Below, piece after piece: positions 27,233-35,473 of a DNA stretch of 64,000 nucleotides. How positions within the stretch are numbered: position 1 is the stretch's first letter; every line of letters begins with the position of its first letter. This DNA is from Myxococcota bacterium (GTDB taxonomy: Bacteria; Myxococcota_A; UBA9160; JAFDDA01), in contig OZ245817.1 of the NCBI GenBank assembly GCA_965228475.1, positions 2,592,001-2,656,000 on the forward strand, written 5' to 3'. A program made the position numbers and the translations under genes. The notes under the pieces are model-generated. The model was not told the origin of the DNA and made no database searches. It saw only the letters and a program-made list of their open reading frames with translations.

Positions 27233-27970
27233 GTGTTCGGCTTCTTCCGACGGTTCTCTCGCCGCAAGCTCCTGCGAGAACCCATGCCCGAGGACTGGCT
27301 CACGCATCTCGAACGGCGCGTGCCGTTTTTCCGGGACATGGAGGGACCGCTCCGCGAGCGCTTCCTCGACGACCTCAAGGTCTTCGCCTGGGAGAAAGAA
27401 TTCATCGGCGCCGGGGGGCAGGAGATCGACGATGAAGTCCGCGTCGTCATCTCGGCCGCCGCGGTTCGCCTGATCCTGCACCTCGACCTCTCCTACTACG
27501 ACCGGCTCACGGAGATCATCGTCTACCCGGAGGCGTTCCGGCGGCCCGGCGAAGAGACGTGGGTCCTCGGCGAAGCGCACACCTGGGGGACCGTGGTGCT
27601 GGCCTGGAAGAGCGTCGTGCTTGGGCTGGCGAACCAGGAGGACGCCCACGACACGGCCACCCACGAGTTCGCCCACGTGCTCGACCGGGCCGCCGGCGCC
27701 TTCGATGGGACGCCGGAGCTCCGCGCCCGCGCCCACTATCGCCCCTGGGCCCAGGTGATGACCCGCAACTTCAGGGCGCTCCGGCGCGGCGGCCGCAGGG
27801 CCCGCAAGGTCCTGCGGGAGTACGGCGCGACCAACGAGGCCGAGTTCTTCGCCGTGGCGACCGAGGCCTTCTTCGAGAAGCCCGAGCAGATGCGTGAGCA
27901 GACACCGGACCTCTACGCCGAGCTCGAGCGCTTCTATCTCAGGCGGTCCATCCCCGCAGCGAAGGCCTAG
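27233..27970 (+). CDS. MtfA-like zinc-dependent peptidase (M90)
   Basis: EIIVYP, THEFAHVLD and YGATNEAEFFAVATEAFFEKP motifs. Confidence 0.92.
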   Translation: MFGFFRRFSRRKLLREPMPEDWLTHLERRVPFFRDMEGPLRERFLDDLKVFAWEKEFIGAGGQEIDDEVRVVISAAAVRLILHLDLSYYDRLTEIIVYPEAFRRPGEETWVLGEAHTWGTVVLAWKSVVLGLANQEDAHDTATHEFAHVLDRAAGAFDGTPELRARAHYRPWAQVMTRNFRALRRGGRRARKVLREYGATNEAEFFAVATEAFFEKPEQMREQTPDLYAELERFYLRRSIPAAKA

Positions 27971-28401
27971 ACCTTCTCCGCTTCTGCGAGGACGTGTTCG
28001 AGGAAGGCGCGGATCGTCTCCTGCTCCCGGCGGTCGAACGGCGCCAGCAAGGCGGCGTTCAGGCGCTTCGTCTCGGAGAGGGTCCGCGCGACCAGCGCCC
28101 GGCCCGCCCGCGTCAGATGCAGGAGATGCACCCGGCCATCGTCGCCGGAGACCCGGCGCTCGACGAGCCCCTCCCCTTCGAGGGTGTCGACGAGACCGGT
28201 GAGCCGGGACCGGCTGTGGCCCGCTCGCCGTGCGATCTCCGAGCTCGGCAGACCGTCCGCGGCCGCGAGCGTGAACAGGATGACCTGATGGGCCGTCGCG
28301 ATTCCCTCGGCTTCGCGCAGCTTCCGGTCGAGCGCGCGGAACAGCGCTCCGTGCGCACGGTGCAGCAGGTGGAAGACTCGAAGCGGGCCGGAGTTTGACA
28401 T
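27967..28401 (-). CDS. MarR-family transcriptional regulator
   Basis: Winged helix LVDTLEGEGLVERRVSGDDGR...LTRAG. Confidence 0.9.
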   Translation of the reverse strand: MSNSGPLRVFHLLHRAHGALFRALDRKLREAEGIATAHQVILFTLAAADGLPSSEIARRAGHSRSRLTGLVDTLEGEGLVERRVSGDDGRVHLLHLTRAGRALVARTLSETKRLNAALLAPFDRREQETIRAFLEHVLAEAEKV

Positions 28402-28424
28402 CGTTCCTGGCACGGAGTATTTAG

Positions 28425-28436
28425 TTCAATCTTGAA
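28425..28436. promoter_or_regulatory. Putative MarR operator palindrome
   Basis: TTCAA-TC-TTGAA in the AT-rich divergent intergenic region. Confidence 0.5.
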
Positions 28437-28493
28437 TCATATTGCACCAGGCCCGGGCTGATCGCAACCGCCCGCCCTCGGAGGTCGCCCCTG

Positions 28494-28949
28494 ATGGCCC
28501 AAGCCGCCTACTTCGTCGCACTCGCCGCCAGCTTCGTCTGGTTCTCCATGGGTTTCCGGTACTTCGGCTTCCAACCCGAAGCGGCCGCCAAGGTGATGGT
28601 GGCGAAGTCCCAGCGCGACTCACCGATCTTCAGGACCTACGCGGCCGGCGTGCGATTCCTCGGCGGGTTCAATGCCGCCTTTGCGCTCATGTCCCTCGTG
28701 CTCCTCGTCCTCGCCCTGGTCGGGAGCCCCCTGTTCGCCGCGCCCGGGGAACGCGCGATCGTCCTGTTCATCCTCGGAGCCGCCCACTTCTCGCAGTTCT
28801 GGTTCAACGTTCCGGTCCTGCGGAACGGCGAACGCCAGGGCGAGGCCTACTGGCCGGTCCTCTCCGGCCCCATGCTCGTGATCTTCGTGGTCGATGCGGC
28901 CGAGGCCCTCCTCCACCTCGGGGGCGGCCTGCTTCAGCTCGCCGCCTGA
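28494..28949 (+). CDS. Hypothetical 4-TM membrane protein
   Basis: GGAGG RBS, four hydrophobic segments, host-like codon usage, divergent from MarR. Confidence 0.75.
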   Translation: MAQAAYFVALAASFVWFSMGFRYFGFQPEAAAKVMVAKSQRDSPIFRTYAAGVRFLGGFNAAFALMSLVLLVLALVGSPLFAAPGERAIVLFILGAAHFSQFWFNVPVLRNGERQGEAYWPVLSGPMLVIFVVDAAEALLHLGGGLLQLAA

Positions 28950-28973
28950 CTCGAAGGGAGCGTCGGAACGCCC

Positions 28974-29015
28974 TCTAGACACTCGATCTAGATTGATCTA
29001 GACTGTCCATCTAGA
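28974..29015. promoter_or_regulatory. Double operator, TCTAGA-N7-TCTAGA twice, upstream of TetR
   Basis: TCTAGA at 28974, 28987, 28997 and 29010, immediately before the TetR ATG. Confidence 0.7.
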
Positions 29016-29016
29016 G

Positions 29017-29583
29017 ATGGCCAGGAACCGACCCGAACGCAGCCACGAGGACAAGGCCGCCGAGATCGTCGCGATCGCGCGGCGGCTCTTCCTCGAGAAC
29101 GGCTACGACAAGACGCCCATCGCCGCGATCGCCCGGGAAGCCGGCATCGCGAGCAACGTCGTCCACTGGTACTTCCCGACGAAGGACGACCTCTTCGTCG
29201 CGGTCCTCGAGGACCTGCAATCCGAGGACCTCGAGGAAGCGCTCGAACGATTCGAACGCTCGGCCGGCCGCGAGGAACAGGAACTCGAGGCCCTCCTGAC
29301 CGAGTTCGTGGTGCGCCGCCTCGACCGCTACGCGCTCATCGCCACCCTTCACGAGCGCTCCCACCACTCGCCCGCCATGGCCGAGTTCCACGAGCGCATC
29401 CACCGGCGCTACGCGCACTACCTGAGCGAAGCGCTCGATCGCTGCGGCGTGCCGGCCGGGAACCGCGGCCTCGTCGTCAGCGCCCTCGTCACCGCGATCG
29501 AGGGGCTCGTCATGCACCGCGCCAGCAAGCGTGAGGCGAAGAAGATGATGTCCTTCCTCGCCCAACGGCTCATCACACCCTGA
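29017..29583 (+). CDS. TetR-family transcriptional regulator
   Basis: HTH LFLENGYDKTPIAAIAREAGIASNVVHWYFPTKDDL. Confidence 0.93.
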   Translation: MARNRPERSHEDKAAEIVAIARRLFLENGYDKTPIAAIAREAGIASNVVHWYFPTKDDLFVAVLEDLQSEDLEEALERFERSAGREEQELEALLTEFVVRRLDRYALIATLHERSHHSPAMAEFHERIHRRYAHYLSEALDRCGVPAGNRGLVVSALVTAIEGLVMHRASKREAKKMMSFLAQRLITP

Positions 29584-29611
29584 CCCTCGCCCACCCGAAA
29601 GGAACCGGACC

Positions 29612-30172
29612 ATGAACCTACTTCCCCTCGCCGACGAACCCCTCACCGCCCCGACGGACCGGGACATGCTCCCCTCCGAGCGCCGCGAGTTCGTTCGCAC
29701 CCATCGGACCTGCCTGTTCGGCCACGCGCGCAAGAACGACGGCCCGGCGATGTCGGTCGTCTACTACATCCCGACGGACTCGGACGAGCTCCTCGTCTCG
29801 ACCATGGGCGACCGGGCCAAGGCCAAGGCGGTCGGGCGCAACGGAAAGGTCAGCCTCTGCGTGCTCGACGAGCGCTGGCCCTTCACCTATCTGCAGGTCT
29901 ACTGCGACGCCGAGGTCGACCGCGATCCGAAGCTCGTGACCGACGTGATGATGGCCGTGGCCGGCCGGATGTCCGGAACGCCGCTCCCGGAGGCGACCCG
30001 CCCGGCCGTCGAGAAGATGGCGCAGGCCGAGGGGCGCGTGGTCCTCCGCTGCCGCCCCTACGCCACCTTCGCGACGCCGCCGCGGCATCTGCACGCGAAC
30101 GACCAGGAGGAGCAGCTCACCCACTGGGTCACGGCCAACATGCCGTGGGATGCGGCCGACGAACCGGCCTGA
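29612..30172 (+). CDS. Pyridoxamine 5'-phosphate oxidase-like split-barrel protein (PPOX class, possibly F420-dependent)
   Basis: RKNDGPAMSVV...STM.DRAKAK...RNGKVSLCV pattern typical of PPOX-class proteins. Confidence 0.75.
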   Translation: MNLLPLADEPLTAPTDRDMLPSERREFVRTHRTCLFGHARKNDGPAMSVVYYIPTDSDELLVSTMGDRAKAKAVGRNGKVSLCVLDERWPFTYLQVYCDAEVDRDPKLVTDVMMAVAGRMSGTPLPEATRPAVEKMAQAEGRVVLRCRPYATFATPPRHLHANDQEEQLTHWVTANMPWDAADEPA

Positions 30173-30187
30173 ATCCGGCGGGAGCCG

Positions 30188-31333
30188 CTAGGGGCCAAGC
30201 GAGTGAACCGATGGAATGTCCCAGACCTCGGCGATGCGGCCGTCGACGATCCGCCAGACCACCACGACGTCCGTCGCGATGGGCTGATCGCCGATCCGCA
30301 TCGTGTTCCTCGTGTGCACGACGAGCAGCTCGTCTCCCACCGGCGTGACGGAAACCGGATGGACTTCGAAGGTGCCGTTCGTCAGCTCGGCGATCCGGCC
30401 GAAGAAATCCAGGATGCCCTTCCGGCCGACGTAGTCGCCCTGGACGTCGGGAAGCAGGGGATTGTAGAAGTGGAAGACGGCGTCTTCGGAGAAGGCGTCG
30501 ATCGTCCCCGGAACGTCCGCCGGATCGAAGCGCTCGAGTACCGCGACGTTCGGGTGAGCCCCGCCCACGGCCGGCTCCGCTCCACCGGCTTCCTGCCGCG
30601 CGATCCCGTCGATCGTCGCCTGAACCTCGGCCGTCTTCGATGAGATCCGCGTGGGGCCGCCCTGTTTGAAGCGAAAGTCGCAGTGACTGCACCCGTCGGC
30701 GAGCGTCTGGGTGCGGACCAGCCCCCAGCCGAACGCATCGCTCAGGGCGACGTCGGACATGCAGACGTAAGGCGCGAAGGCCTCTGCGCCCAGCTTGCGC
30801 GCGAGCTCCAGGTTCCCGCAGCGCAGATAGTCCACCCCGAAGTCGAAGCGCTCGCCGTCGCCGACGACCGAGCGAGTCTCGAAATCGCCTGCCCGGAGCG
30901 GCGCAGCGGCAGCGCGCTTCCGGATCACGAAGCGCGAAAGGCGCGAGAACAAGAGCCAGCTCCGCAAGCGACGCTTCCACGCGGGAATCCGTTGTATCCG
31001 GAGCCGAAGCCCTCGGTGGCAAAGCTCCCATGCTTCGGAAGCAGTCCCTCCCCGCGCTTCGACGGCCTGATAGACGGCAAGCTCCTGGGCCGTGATGTCG
31101 AGGAACCGGTTCAGCACCAGCCCCCGCCTTCCCTTCACGCGCTCCATGCGCGGCAGGATCTCCGCGTATCTCTCGCGGGCCGCGAGCACGAGCGCCGTCG
31201 CGCCGGGCTCTCCATAGCGCTCGCGGAGGAACCCGCGCAGAAGGCCAGCCGTCCGGTCGAAGTCTTCCAGCGCTTTCCGGATCCATCGCGGGGGATGGGC
31301 CGCTGCTGAGACCTGGGGGACTGCGGAGGTCAC
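30188..31333 (-). CDS. Fusion of an L-2-amino-thiazoline-4-carboxylate hydrolase-like domain and a SnoaL/NTF2 domain
   Basis: YLRCG...YVCMSD...RTQTLADGCSHCDFRF, then FSEDAVFH...GDYVGR...VWRIVDGRIAEVWD. GTG start after a GGAGAGGAGG RBS. Confidence 0.7.
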   Translation of the reverse strand: MTSAVPQVSAAAHPPRWIRKALEDFDRTAGLLRGFLRERYGEPGATALVLAARERYAEILPRMERVKGRRGLVLNRFLDITAQELAVYQAVEARGGTASEAWELCHRGLRLRIQRIPAWKRRLRSWLLFSRLSRFVIRKRAAAAPLRAGDFETRSVVGDGERFDFGVDYLRCGNLELARKLGAEAFAPYVCMSDVALSDAFGWGLVRTQTLADGCSHCDFRFKQGGPTRISSKTAEVQATIDGIARQEAGGAEPAVGGAHPNVAVLERFDPADVPGTIDAFSEDAVFHFYNPLLPDVQGDYVGRKGILDFFGRIAELTNGTFEVHPVSVTPVGDELLVVHTRNTMRIGDQPIATDVVVVWRIVDGRIAEVWDIPSVHSLGP

Positions 31334-31518
31334 CCTACCCTCCTCTCCTTCGGCGACGAGGAGAACGTTCCACCGCAAAGAAAGAAGCAAGGCGAGTGCC
31401 AGCCGGACAGCTTCGAGACGGCGCGGGCGTCCAGGCGGCGCTTCGCCCCGTGGCAGAATGCCTTCGCGAGTGGTGCAACGAGTCACACCCGGAGAGCCGC
31501 TGCCCGGCAGGACGAAGC

Positions 31519-32337
31519 CTACTCGTCGAGCTCCCGGTTGAAGCGCGGCGGGCGCTTCTCGAGGAACGAGCGATACCCCTCGATCTGGTCGGGTGTCCCG
31601 GAGGTCGCGTGCACGGCCGCTCGCTCCGCAGCGAGGTTTTCCTCGAGCGTCCGCTCATGAGCATCGACGATCGCGCGCAGCATCCCCGCCACCGACTTCG
31701 CGGGCTGGGCGGCGAGCTCCTGGCCGAGGGCCTCGGCGCGATCGAAGAGTTCGGCGACCGGCCACACCTCGTGCACGAGGCCGATGCGCAGGGCTTCGGG
31801 CCCGGAGACCTTCTTCGCGCGGAGGATCAGGTCGAGCGCGTGGTGGGCGCCAACCAGGCGGGTCAGGCGCGCACTTCCGCCCCAGGCCGGAACGCTCCCG
31901 AGGTCCATCTCCGGCAGCCCGATCTTCGCACCCTCCTCCGCGGCGAGGCGGAAGTGGCAGGCGAGCGGGAGTTCGAGTCCACCGCCCAGGCAGTACCCCG
32001 CGAGGACGGCGATCACGGGTTTCTCGAGCGTCTCGATCGCGCGAAGCACGCGCAGCCGCTGATCGAAGAGCGCGTCCGCGCTGCCCATGCGCTGGATGCC
32101 CGACGGGAGTTCCTTCAGGTCCATCCCGACCGAGAAGTGCTCCTCCCCGGCCCCGCGGATCACGACCGCGCGCACCCGCGGGTCGCCCGCGATGCGCGGG
32201 AGCTCCGCCTCGAGCGCATCCATGAATGCCATCGACATCCGGTTGCGCGGCGGGTCGTTGATGACGAGGGTGCGGACCGGCCCGCGGTCTTCGACGCGGA
32301 GCGCCTGCGGGGCCTCTTCCTTCAGGTTCGAGCTCAT
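31519..32337 (-). CDS. Enoyl-CoA hydratase/isomerase family protein
   Basis: HFSVGMDL, CLGGGLEL and GLPEMDLG (both catalytic Glu present). Confidence 0.93.
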   Translation of the reverse strand: MSSNLKEEAPQALRVEDRGPVRTLVINDPPRNRMSMAFMDALEAELPRIAGDPRVRAVVIRGAGEEHFSVGMDLKELPSGIQRMGSADALFDQRLRVLRAIETLEKPVIAVLAGYCLGGGLELPLACHFRLAAEEGAKIGLPEMDLGSVPAWGGSARLTRLVGAHHALDLILRAKKVSGPEALRIGLVHEVWPVAELFDRAEALGQELAAQPAKSVAGMLRAIVDAHERTLEENLAAERAAVHATSGTPDQIEGYRSFLEKRPPRFNRELDE

Positions 32338-32408
32338 CGCTGCACGCTCCTCGTTTTCCGAGTATGGTTTTGCGGCTGCGCCCCGGCAGCCTCGCAAGGG
32401 TCGAGAAC

Positions 32409-32741
32409 ATGCACCACTACGCCTGCATCATCCAAGAGGGACAGGCCGCGGACCAGCGGATCGATTCCCTCGAAGCCGGCCTGAAGGGGCTGGCGAAGGA
32501 TTTCTTCGGAGACGACCCCGCAGCGGTGAACATCCGCTGGACGCGCCAGGCGCCGGGCTGGGCCTGGACCGCCGGCGAGCCCAGCACCTCCTCCATCGTG
32601 GTCCGCTCGGTCCCGGTCGGCTTCGACGATGCGGAGCGGGAGCGGTTCCTCCACGCCGTCTGCGACCTCTGGGTCGACACCACCGGGTGTTCCGTGAACG
32701 AGATCGTGGCGACGGCCTTCGACGGCCCCCTGCCCCTCTAG
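32409..32741 (+). CDS. Tautomerase-like small protein lacking Pro1
   Basis: Size and beta-alpha-beta pattern parallel the downstream tautomerase (MHHYACII versus MPLYRCAI; ERERFLHAVCDLW...TGC). Confidence 0.5.
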   Translation: MHHYACIIQEGQAADQRIDSLEAGLKGLAKDFFGDDPAAVNIRWTRQAPGWAWTAGEPSTSSIVVRSVPVGFDDAERERFLHAVCDLWVDTTGCSVNEIVATAFDGPLPL

Positions 32742-32756
32742 ACGCGAGGTCTTCCC

Positions 32757-33143
32757 ATGCCCCTCTACCGATGTGCCATCCGCGAAGGCCTGAGCAGCGA
32801 AGCGCAGCGCGGCCAGATCGCGAAGGAAGTGGTCCGGATCCACTGCGGCGTGACCGGGGCCCCCGCCTCCTTCGTCCACGCCTTCTTCGAGGAGCGCCCG
32901 GCCGAGGCCCTTCCGGGAGGCCAGGCCGCCTTCGTGCTCGGGACGATCCGCTGGGGGCGGACGGAAGCACAGAAGGCCGAGATCGTCTCCGAACTCACGA
33001 AGAGCGTCGCCGGCGCGCTCGGATGCCCCGCGGCAGACGTCGGCGTGGTGACCGTCGACATCCCCTCGAAGTGGAACATGGAGGGCGGCTCGCTGCTCCC
33101 CGAACCGGGAGAGGAAGCCGCCTGGCTGGAACGCCACCGCTAG
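32757..33143 (+). CDS. Tautomerase superfamily protein, cis-CaaD-like
   Basis: Pro1 after Met, IH..TGAP (His28), IRWGR arginine pair and MEGG.LLPEPGEE. Confidence 0.85.
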   Translation: MPLYRCAIREGLSSEAQRGQIAKEVVRIHCGVTGAPASFVHAFFEERPAEALPGGQAAFVLGTIRWGRTEAQKAEIVSELTKSVAGALGCPAADVGVVTVDIPSKWNMEGGSLLPEPGEEAAWLERHR

Positions 33144-33197
33144 AGGCGAGACAACTCCGGTGCCGGGCGAGTAGAATCAGGAGCCGAAGGAGGACGC

Positions 33198-33737
33198 ATG
33201 GCGGATCTCCGGATGAGGCCCCGCTTCGCGGTCGACGTCTCGTGCGACGTCGAGACTTTCGTGAGCGTTCTCGAGGCGCGCGCCGTCCACGCCGCACCGC
33301 CCCTCGAGGGCCACTTCGACCCGGGCCACTGCGTGCTGCGGATCCCCAAGGCGCGGCGCGCATTCTGGTCGCCCGAGCTCGACATCACCTTCGATCGCCC
33401 CGAACCCGGAATGAATGGACGCCACCTCGTCCGGTGCCTGCTCGGGCCCCGCCCCGAAGTCTGGACGGGGTTCGCCTTCGTCTTCGCCGTGCTCGGGGCC
33501 GCGAGCGTCGTCGGCCTGCTCTACGGGCTCGCGCAGCTCACGCTCGGGGAGTCGCCGTCCGCGCTCCTCGCGATCCCCGTGGCCCTCGTCCTCGGCGGGC
33601 TCACCTACGCCTCGAGCTTCATCGGACAGGGCCTCGCGCTCGCGCAGATGTACGAACTCAGACGCACGCTCGACGAGACCGTGGTGCGGGCCGAGGCCCA
33701 GGCCCAGCGGGATCGGCCCCGCGGCTATCAGATCTGA
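33198..33737 (+). CDS. Hypothetical membrane protein (2 TM)
   Basis: AAGGAGG RBS, FWSPEL and GPRPEVWTGF motifs, two TM helices. Confidence 0.7.
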   Translation: MADLRMRPRFAVDVSCDVETFVSVLEARAVHAAPPLEGHFDPGHCVLRIPKARRAFWSPELDITFDRPEPGMNGRHLVRCLLGPRPEVWTGFAFVFAVLGAASVVGLLYGLAQLTLGESPSALLAIPVALVLGGLTYASSFIGQGLALAQMYELRRTLDETVVRAEAQAQRDRPRGYQI

Positions 33738-33765
33738 CGAAGGCCGGAAGCGGCGTCCCGCGTGT

Positions 33766-35343
33766 TCAGCGCATCGAAGCGGCGTCGTCCGTACGGACGA
33801 CCTCGCGGTCCCCCACAGGCCACTCCTCCGGCGGTTCGAAGCGGGCGAGGCTCGTCGCCAGGAAATCCGGCCCGGCATCCGAGGGGTCCTTTCCGGCACG
33901 GGCTCGCGCTTCGAGGCGCTGCCTCGCCTGCTCCAGCTCACAGCGCACCTCGATCAGGCGTGCGCGCACGCCCCGCTGCTCCGCCCACGCGCGGGCCATG
34001 GCGCGCTGGCTCCGCGTGGTGAAGGAGGCGTCGAGGAGTGCCGTCCTTCCGGACGCCACGAGATCCTCGGCGCGTTCGAACAGCGCCTCGTAGACCCGGC
34101 GCGTCTGCTCCGGGTGGTAGAGCCCCTCGTCGACGCCGGCACCGGTCCGCGCAGTCGGCTCGAGACCGGCGAGCCGCTTGCGGACCCGATCGGACGCGAC
34201 CGGCACCCCCTGCCCCGCTTCCGCCATTCTGCGCGCCACCGTGCTCTTCCCCGAACCCACCGTGCCGCAGAGCAGCACGATCGCCCCCTCGCTCCGAGGC
34301 TCGAGGAGCGACTCCGCCAGCTCGAGGTGGCGGACCGCGCTGGCCCGGGCGTCGCCGCGCTGCGCCGCGGACAGGGTCGCCTGGCCGGTTGCCAGAGCCG
34401 CAACCTTCGCCCGCACGAGGGCACGGTAGGCCGCAAAGAAGTCGACGACCCGGAAGAGCCCGAAATCGTCGGTCCGCCCCGCGTAGTCGGCAAGGAGGAA
34501 CTCTCCGAGGTCCGCCCGCCCGCGATAGGCGAGGTCCATCTGGAGGAAGGCGAGTTCGCTGGCGCGGTCGATCCGGCGGAGGTCTTCGCTGAACTCGAGG
34601 CAGTCGACGAGCAGCGGCTCGTCGCCGTCGTCCTCGAACCACACGTGGTCGAGATGCAGGTCGCCATGGGCGTCCACGGCTCGCCCGTCGGACCGGCGCC
34701 GCTCGAAGTGCGGCGCCCCCGCCGCGAGCGCCGCCTCCGCTTGCGCGGCCGCGGCGGCGACCCGGGCCGCCTCCATGCAGTCGCCCTCGCCGAGCACCAC
34801 AAAGCACTCCCGGACGGGTTCGGCGATCCGCGCGAGCCAGCGCTCGGCGTCCCAGGGAGCGGGGCTTCCGAGGGTGTGGGCGTCGTGGAAGGGAGGGAGT
34901 CGAGCGGCGATGGCCGCCACGTGGCCCGCCGTCAGTTCGCCTCGCTCGAGCAGCGAGAGCGCGTCCCGCCCGGCGGGTAGCCGGCGCATGACCGTGGCGT
35001 GCTCGGCGTCGCCGGCCAGCGACTCCCCGAGTGGACCCACCGTAACCTCGCCCGCTTCGCACCGGATCGGGGCGACGCCGAGGTAGACCGAGGGCGCGAG
35101 CCGACGATTGAGTGCCACCTCGCGCAGGCAGTCGTCGTTGCGTGCGGCGCGCTCCGTGAAATCGAGGAACGGGAAGGCCACCGCCTTCCGCAGCTTGTAG
35201 ACCCGTTCGCCCACGAGGAAGACGTGGGAGATGTGCGTCTGGATCCACTCGGCCGGTCCGGCGCCGCCGGGCCACACGCGAAGCGACGCCAGGCGTTCGG
35301 CGAGCCGGTCCGGTGTCTCGTCGCTGGCGATCGGTTCGGGCAT
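33766..35343 (-). CDS. Bifunctional aminoglycoside-phosphotransferase-like kinase / AAA_33 P-loop protein
   Basis: QTHISHVFL, YKLRK, HGDLHL and DCLEFS motifs; Walker A GTVGSGKST. Confidence 0.92.
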   Translation of the reverse strand: MPEPIASDETPDRLAERLASLRVWPGGAGPAEWIQTHISHVFLVGERVYKLRKAVAFPFLDFTERAARNDDCLREVALNRRLAPSVYLGVAPIRCEAGEVTVGPLGESLAGDAEHATVMRRLPAGRDALSLLERGELTAGHVAAIAARLPPFHDAHTLGSPAPWDAERWLARIAEPVRECFVVLGEGDCMEAARVAAAAAQAEAALAAGAPHFERRRSDGRAVDAHGDLHLDHVWFEDDGDEPLLVDCLEFSEDLRRIDRASELAFLQMDLAYRGRADLGEFLLADYAGRTDDFGLFRVVDFFAAYRALVRAKVAALATGQATLSAAQRGDARASAVRHLELAESLLEPRSEGAIVLLCGTVGSGKSTVARRMAEAGQGVPVASDRVRKRLAGLEPTARTGAGVDEGLYHPEQTRRVYEALFERAEDLVASGRTALLDASFTTRSQRAMARAWAEQRGVRARLIEVRCELEQARQRLEARARAGKDPSDAGPDFLATSLARFEPPEEWPVGDREVVRTDDAASMR

Positions 35344-35473
35344 GCACCGCAAAGCTACCCGAAGCGCGGCGAGCCTTCGGCCGGTCCCGAGCGGCATCCG
35401 CGAACCCGAACCGCGCGCACGTGACATGCTGACTCACTCCCGCCCGCGAGACGCTTGGGATAGCCTCCCGGCC

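Noticed and set aside
33766..35343. Aminoglycoside resistance gene
   Set aside because: It belongs to the widespread APH-like/AAA bifunctional family of unknown function; the fold alone does not imply resistance.
35344..35473. ZTP or THF riboswitch upstream of fhs
   Set aside because: No recognisable consensus elements, and the short region is shared with a divergent gene.
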